Source of the DNA: Candidatus Eiseniibacteriota bacterium
Lineage (GTDB): Bacteria; Joyebacterota; Joyebacteria; Joyebacterales; Joyebacteraceae
Reading direction: 5' to 3'
DNA length: 58,296 nt
NCBI GenBank assembly: GCA_030613615.1
Contig: JAUWLR010000001.1
Coordinates: forward strand, 1 to 58,296
The position numbers and the translations under genes were made by a program. The notes under the pieces are model-generated. The model saw nothing but the letters and a program-made list of their open reading frames with translations, made no database searches and was not told the DNA's origin. Below, one piece after another: positions 53,919 to 58,296 of this stretch. How positions within the stretch are numbered: the first letter of the stretch is position 1; each line of letters starts with the position of its first letter.

Positions 53919-56057
53919 GTGCTGGGCGACGTGCCGCTCTCCTCGTGGGGCCTGAAGAGCGCCTGCGTCCTGCCCCAGAGCGTCACGCGCGAGTACGTCA
54001 TCGAGCAGACGACAGAGACCGTCTTCCTGGCGGACCGGGAGAACATCCTCCTGGTGTCGTACAGCTCCAACCACTCCGGGCGCGCGGCCTTCGAGCCCAG
54101 GATCGACATCAGGAGCATCTGGGAGGAGGGCCAGCCCGAGTACGAGACCCGCTGGGACGAGAACCGGCGCGTACTCGCCCTGAAGCGGGTGGATCATCCC
54201 AAGCGGACCGAGGAGCAAGACTACCCCGTGTGGGTCGCCGTTGCGTGCGACCGCCCGGCGGAGTTCGTCCCTCGCGAGGCCTACAGGAAGACCACCTACA
54301 CCAAGGACGCGGCGCGAAGGGCCATGGCTTCCGCGATTCCCTACTCCCCGGGGAAGCTCGAGTTCGCGTTCGAGAGCGGCGCGGGTTTCGCGGGGAGCGT
54401 CACCTTCTGCGTGGCCGTCGGGGACACTCTGGCCGAGGCCTCGGAGCTGGCGCTCAGGGGTCTTCTGGACGAGTTCACGCTCTACGACGATAAGATGAGG
54501 AGGACGGCCGATCTCCTTGATCGTGTCGGCATCGCCGCGCACGACAACGACTACCGGCTGGCACTTCAGTGGGCCGCGGCGTCGGTGGACGCGCTCATCA
54601 TGAATCAGCTCGGCCGGGGCATCTTCGCCGGTCTGCACTGGTTCCCGAACTACTGGGGACGAGACACGTTCATCGCCCTTCCCGGGGCGTGTCTCGTGCG
54701 CGGTGAGTTCGACACAGCCAGAGAAATCTTAGAATCGTTCGCCGCGCTGCAGGAAACGGACGAGGGCAGTCTGCTGTTCGGGCGCATTCCCAATCTCGCG
54801 ATGCCCGGCGATGTCTACTACAACACGGCCGACGGGACATGGTGGTTCGTCCGCGAGGCGTACGAGTACCTGAGATACACCGGTGACCTTGAGTTCGCGG
54901 AGCGGTTCTTTCCTGTCATCGAGCGGGCGATCGACGGCGCGCTCGCGCGCAGGACGGACGCCGACGGATTCCTGCTGCACGGTCAGGCGGAGACCTGGAT
55001 GGACGCCGGCGGGGAGGAGAACCCGTTCTCGCCCCGGGGCAACCGGGCGGTCGAGGTAGAGGTCCTGTGGCACACGGCCCTTCTCTCCGGAGCGGCCATC
55101 GCGGATGCACTGGGCAGGGAGGAGCCGGCTTCCAGGTGGCGTGAGGTCGCCGGGCGCGTCGGAGATGCGTTCGCTCGTGAGTTCCCCGATCCGGATACGG
55201 GCGGCCTCTTCGATCACCTCGACCCCGACGGCGCGCCCGATCGGCAGATCCGACCGAACCAGGTACTCGCAGCGACCGTGCCGTGGAACGACCTGCTCCC
55301 GCGCGAGACCGAAAGGGCAATGCTCGAGCTGGTCCGGGAGACCTGCGTGCTGAGACACGGTGTCACGTCGCTGCATACGGAGGACCCCAACTTCCACCCG
55401 TGCCACCTCGACCTGGAGCGATATCACTTCGACGAGGCTTATCACAACGGCGACGTGTGGGTGTGGCTGACCGGACCCGTGGTGTCCGCTCTTGTGAAGC
55501 ACGGGCAGGTCGGCGCCGCCTGGGAGCAGACGTCGGTTCTCACGGATCTCGTGTTCGACGAGGGCGCGGCGGGCACTCTCCCCGAGCTTCGAAACGGCGT
55601 GCCCCCGGAGTACGGAGAGAACGTGGCGGGCGCCGTGTCGCAGGCGTGGAGCCTCTCCGAGTTCCTCAGGAACTTCTATCAGGACTACCTCGGCGTGCGC
55701 CCCAACGTCCTCGAGGGGACGGTTGATATCAGGCCCGCACTCCCGCCATCCTGTAGCTGGCTGGCCGCCCCCGTCCGGGTGGGCGAGGGATCTCTCTTCG
55801 TGCTGCATCGCGTGGACGCCGAAAGCGAGCGGGCCTGCACGAGGGTCGTCGCTGACGGCGATGCGCCGCCTCTTACCGTCCGATTCACTCCCCGCGTGCC
55901 CCCCGGGGCCGACGTCCAGGAAGAGGGGGAGACCATCGAGACGGTCCTGGAGCCAGGTGGCGGGGTCAGGTTCACCGTCGAGAAGCACGCCGGGAAGTGG
56001 GAAACCCGACTGGCCGATGCGGACGAGAGTTCCCCGTGCGCGGGTGAGCTGCCGTGA
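53919..56057 (+). CDS. Glycogen-debranching-enzyme-type amylo-alpha-1,6-glucosidase (GDE_N + GDE_C); true N-terminus unresolved and lies upstream of 53919
   Basis: 'GLHWFPNYWGRDTFIALPGA' (GDE_C), 'YHNGDVWVWLTGP'. No signal peptide. The same frame is open from 53613 and encodes 'REYILTNKEKAYFAGETGTTNTRSYEGLIVE' (GDE_N-like) but contains no ATG/GTG/TTG. Confidence 0.85.
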   Translation: MLGDVPLSSWGLKSACVLPQSVTREYVIEQTTETVFLADRENILLVSYSSNHSGRAAFEPRIDIRSIWEEGQPEYETRWDENRRVLALKRVDHPKRTEEQDYPVWVAVACDRPAEFVPREAYRKTTYTKDAARRAMASAIPYSPGKLEFAFESGAGFAGSVTFCVAVGDTLAEASELALRGLLDEFTLYDDKMRRTADLLDRVGIAAHDNDYRLALQWAAASVDALIMNQLGRGIFAGLHWFPNYWGRDTFIALPGACLVRGEFDTAREILESFAALQETDEGSLLFGRIPNLAMPGDVYYNTADGTWWFVREAYEYLRYTGDLEFAERFFPVIERAIDGALARRTDADGFLLHGQAETWMDAGGEENPFSPRGNRAVEVEVLWHTALLSGAAIADALGREEPASRWREVAGRVGDAFAREFPDPDTGGLFDHLDPDGAPDRQIRPNQVLAATVPWNDLLPRETERAMLELVRETCVLRHGVTSLHTEDPNFHPCHLDLERYHFDEAYHNGDVWVWLTGPVVSALVKHGQVGAAWEQTSVLTDLVFDEGAAGTLPELRNGVPPEYGENVAGAVSQAWSLSEFLRNFYQDYLGVRPNVLEGTVDIRPALPPSCSWLAAPVRVGEGSLFVLHRVDAESERACTRVVADGDAPPLTVRFTPRVPPGADVQEEGETIETVLEPGGGVRFTVEKHAGKWETRLADADESSPCAGELP

Positions 56058-58222
56058 CAATCCTGTTTAATCAGACACACGCGTGGGTCTTCCTGCTGCT
56101 CGGCGCCGTGGCCGTCGTTTCCGTCGTCTGGTTCTATCGGAGAGTACCGCCCGCCGCCGGACGTCTCAGACCCCTTCTGATAGCCCTGAGGTCGGCAGGT
56201 CTGGTGCTCCTCTGCGTGGCCCTGCTCGAGCCCGTCCTTGCGTTCTCGAGGACGGTCACCGACCGGCCCGTCGTCGGGCTGCTGCTGGATGTGTCCAGGA
56301 GCATGGCTGTTCGCGACGGGACAGGAGGCGCCCGGCGCGGCGACGAGGCCGTGTCCCTCCTGAACGAGTTGATGCTTCCCCGCATCGCGCGCGATGCCGA
56401 ACTCGTCGCACTCGCTTTCTCCTCCGGGTCGCGCGAGCTGGACGTCGATCGAGGAATTCTCGCACGGTCGCCCGTTTTCGACGGCGGCGTGACGGACATC
56501 GCTCAGGGTTTCGAGGCGCTGGGCGACCTGCTCTCTGGCAGAAACCTGGGGTCCGTGGTCATCGCAACTGACGGCGCCGACAATCGCGGCGCCGGCCCGT
56601 ACGACGCCGCCCGCGCCCTGGGTGTTCCCGTGTTCGTGCTCGGCGTGGGCAGCCCGGAAGCGGGAACGGACATCGCCATCGAGGACGCCGTGACCAATAG
56701 GATCTCGTACGCGGGTGAGAGCGTGCCTATCGAGGTCACCGTCTCGAGCGCCGGCTTTGCGGGCGCGGAGACCGTCGTCGAGCTCTCCGAAGGCGGATCG
56801 ACGCTCGATTCGAAGCAGATAGACCTCTCGGGCACGGGCGAGGAAGTGCGCGTGACGTTCCGGGTGACACCGTCGACACCGGGCGTGCACCGCTACTCGG
56901 TGTCCGTGCCGCCGGCCGCCGGCGAGCTGTCGACTGCGAACAACTCGCGCGTGGTGGTCACCACTGCGATGAAAGGCAAGATCCGGGTGCTGCTGCTGGC
57001 GGGACGCCCCTCGTGGGACTTCGCCTTCCTCAGCCGTGAGCTCGCGGCCGACCGCAACGTCGATGTCGAGTCGGTCGTGAGAAAAAGTGGCTCACCCATA
57101 TCCGCCGTCGACGGGTCGCCGCCTGGGTCGAGAGCGGAGCTCTTCGACTACGATCTCGTCGTTCTGTTCGAGCCGGACTGGTCCGACCCGCTGGTGTCGC
57201 CGGAATGGCTGCGAGCGTTCGCGCGGGACAGGGGCGGAGGGCTGCTGTTTGCGGGCATTCCCCGTGAACGTCCTCCGGACGACGTCGCTGCCATCCTGCC
57301 GTTCGTCTTCGACGCCGACCTGTCCTCGAGCTTCCGGGACGTGCGTGTCCGTCTGACGGAGGAGGGCGAATCGGCGCCCGCGACGCGCGTTGCAGCAGAT
57401 CGGTTCGTGAACGTTGACGTGTGGAAGGCGCTGCCTCCCGTTCGCACGTTCACGTCCTCTGCGTGGTCGGCCCGCGCCGATGCCAGTGTTCTCGTGGAAG
57501 GCCACGGGGCCGAGGGTGGTACTGTTCCGATTGTCGCGGGTGTACGGGTCGGGGCCGGAAACGTCATGGCGATACTGGCCGACGGTATCTGGCGCTGGAA
57601 GATGGCTGGCGACGCAGGCGTAGACGTCTACGACAGGTTCGTGACGAACGCCGCCAGGTGGCTGACGGCGCGCGGAGAGCTGGAGCGCGTCGTGGTGACG
57701 CCCGACAAGGACGTCTACCAGGCGGGTGAGGACATCGGGTTCTCGGCGCAGGTCTACGGAAGCGACTATCGCCTGGCGACCGACGCCCTGGTGCGGGTGT
57801 CTGTCGCGAGCGGCGAGGCCGCCGCGCCCGTCGCCACGATCGATCTCGAGGCCGCGGGGGACTACTACCGTGGCTCCGTCCCGCACCTCCCTCCGGGTCC
57901 GTACGTGCTGCGGGCGACCGCCTCCCTGGGCGGGGAGGACGTCGGCACGGCGGCCGGCGAGTTTATCGTCGAGCGCTTCAGCCTGGAGGACTCCGAGACC
58001 AGACGGAGGTCCGCCCTCCTGCGCAGGATCGCCGACGAGACCGGAGGGGGTTACTACACACCTGAGACACTCGACGGTTTCCCCGAGGACGTCCCGATGG
58101 CGTGGACAGAGCGTACGACGAAGCGCGAGTTCGAACTGTGGAACTCACCTTGGCTGCTCCTCGGCTTCGTCGGGCTCATGGCGGGCGAGTGGGCGTTGAG
58201 AAGGAAGCAGGGGCTGCCGTAG
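56054..58222 (+). CDS. Membrane-anchored vWA-domain protein (BatA-N / vWA / GATase1-like architecture)
   Basis: GTGA overlap with the GDE stop. N-terminal TMs 'WVFLLLGAVAVVSVVWF'. MIDAS 'LLLDVSRSM' and 'VVIATDGADN'. 'KIRVLLLAGRPSWDFAFL'. C-terminal TM 'WLLLGFVGLMAGEWAL'. Confidence 0.7.
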   Translation: MTILFNQTHAWVFLLLGAVAVVSVVWFYRRVPPAAGRLRPLLIALRSAGLVLLCVALLEPVLAFSRTVTDRPVVGLLLDVSRSMAVRDGTGGARRGDEAVSLLNELMLPRIARDAELVALAFSSGSRELDVDRGILARSPVFDGGVTDIAQGFEALGDLLSGRNLGSVVIATDGADNRGAGPYDAARALGVPVFVLGVGSPEAGTDIAIEDAVTNRISYAGESVPIEVTVSSAGFAGAETVVELSEGGSTLDSKQIDLSGTGEEVRVTFRVTPSTPGVHRYSVSVPPAAGELSTANNSRVVVTTAMKGKIRVLLLAGRPSWDFAFLSRELAADRNVDVESVVRKSGSPISAVDGSPPGSRAELFDYDLVVLFEPDWSDPLVSPEWLRAFARDRGGGLLFAGIPRERPPDDVAAILPFVFDADLSSSFRDVRVRLTEEGESAPATRVAADRFVNVDVWKALPPVRTFTSSAWSARADASVLVEGHGAEGGTVPIVAGVRVGAGNVMAILADGIWRWKMAGDAGVDVYDRFVTNAARWLTARGELERVVVTPDKDVYQAGEDIGFSAQVYGSDYRLATDALVRVSVASGEAAAPVATIDLEAAGDYYRGSVPHLPPGPYVLRATASLGGEDVGTAAGEFIVERFSLEDSETRRRSALLRRIADETGGGYYTPETLDGFPEDVPMAWTERTTKREFELWNSPWLLLGFVGLMAGEWALRRKQGLP

Positions 58223-58296
58223 CAGCCGCTCCCCAGAGCAATCTCCCCTGAAATCAGAATACAGCGAGTCGCCAGCCCCCTGGAAGGAGTGGTGGT

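Noticed and set aside
1-58296. Search by eye for tRNA/rRNA genes, transposases, integrases, phage genes and toxin-antitoxin pairs
   Set aside because: I recognised none. The spacers are short and are occupied by promoter, hairpin or repeat elements. Without covariance-model tools a small ncRNA cannot be excluded, for example in the 339-nt spacer at 13463-13801, the 318-nt spacer at 17482-17799 or the ~430-nt region at 53492-53918.

Overview
GC-rich bacterial chromosomal fragment with GC3-dominated codons. I count about 38 credible protein genes, all but two on the + strand. Most long antisense or overlapping ORFs in the track are GC shadow frames. FlgD-Ig/CHU_C-type C-terminal sorting tails and a PorV-like barrel suggest an uncultivated diderm of the FCB-superphylum type; this is inference only.

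Layout:
- leuC/leuD plus an HD hydrolase (1-2.5 kb).
- A convergent pair of paralogous FG-GAP propeller / HATPase sensor proteins (2.5-7.4 kb).
- A secreted protein plus an S8 protease with a sorting tail (7.5-10.2 kb).
- A ~23 kb Wzx/Wzy-type exopolysaccharide locus (10.3-33.0 kb). It contains two PaaK/CapK-like ligases, a CapA-like protein, a heparinase II/III-like protein and a glucuronyl-C5-epimerase-like protein, and is interrupted by an opposite-strand PiT phosphate transporter.
- ppdK (33.2-35.9 kb).
- A small-membrane-protein / polyferredoxin / sirtuin operon (36.0-38.2 kb).
- An ~18 kb envelope locus (38.3-56.1 kb), the most interesting part. It holds a 1785-aa sorted surface protein, a PorV-like barrel, two paralogous predicted beta-barrels (one fused to CBM48), a double-CBM48 lipoprotein, a CUT1 ABC importer, a glucodextranase-C-like protein and a GDE-type debranching enzyme. 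This looks like a non-Sus alpha-glucan capture/import system.
- A vWA membrane protein (56.1-58.2 kb).

I saw no rRNA, tRNA, CRISPR array, transposase or integrase. Four short tandem or direct repeats sit in spacers. All family calls come from motif recognition by eye; no searches were run.
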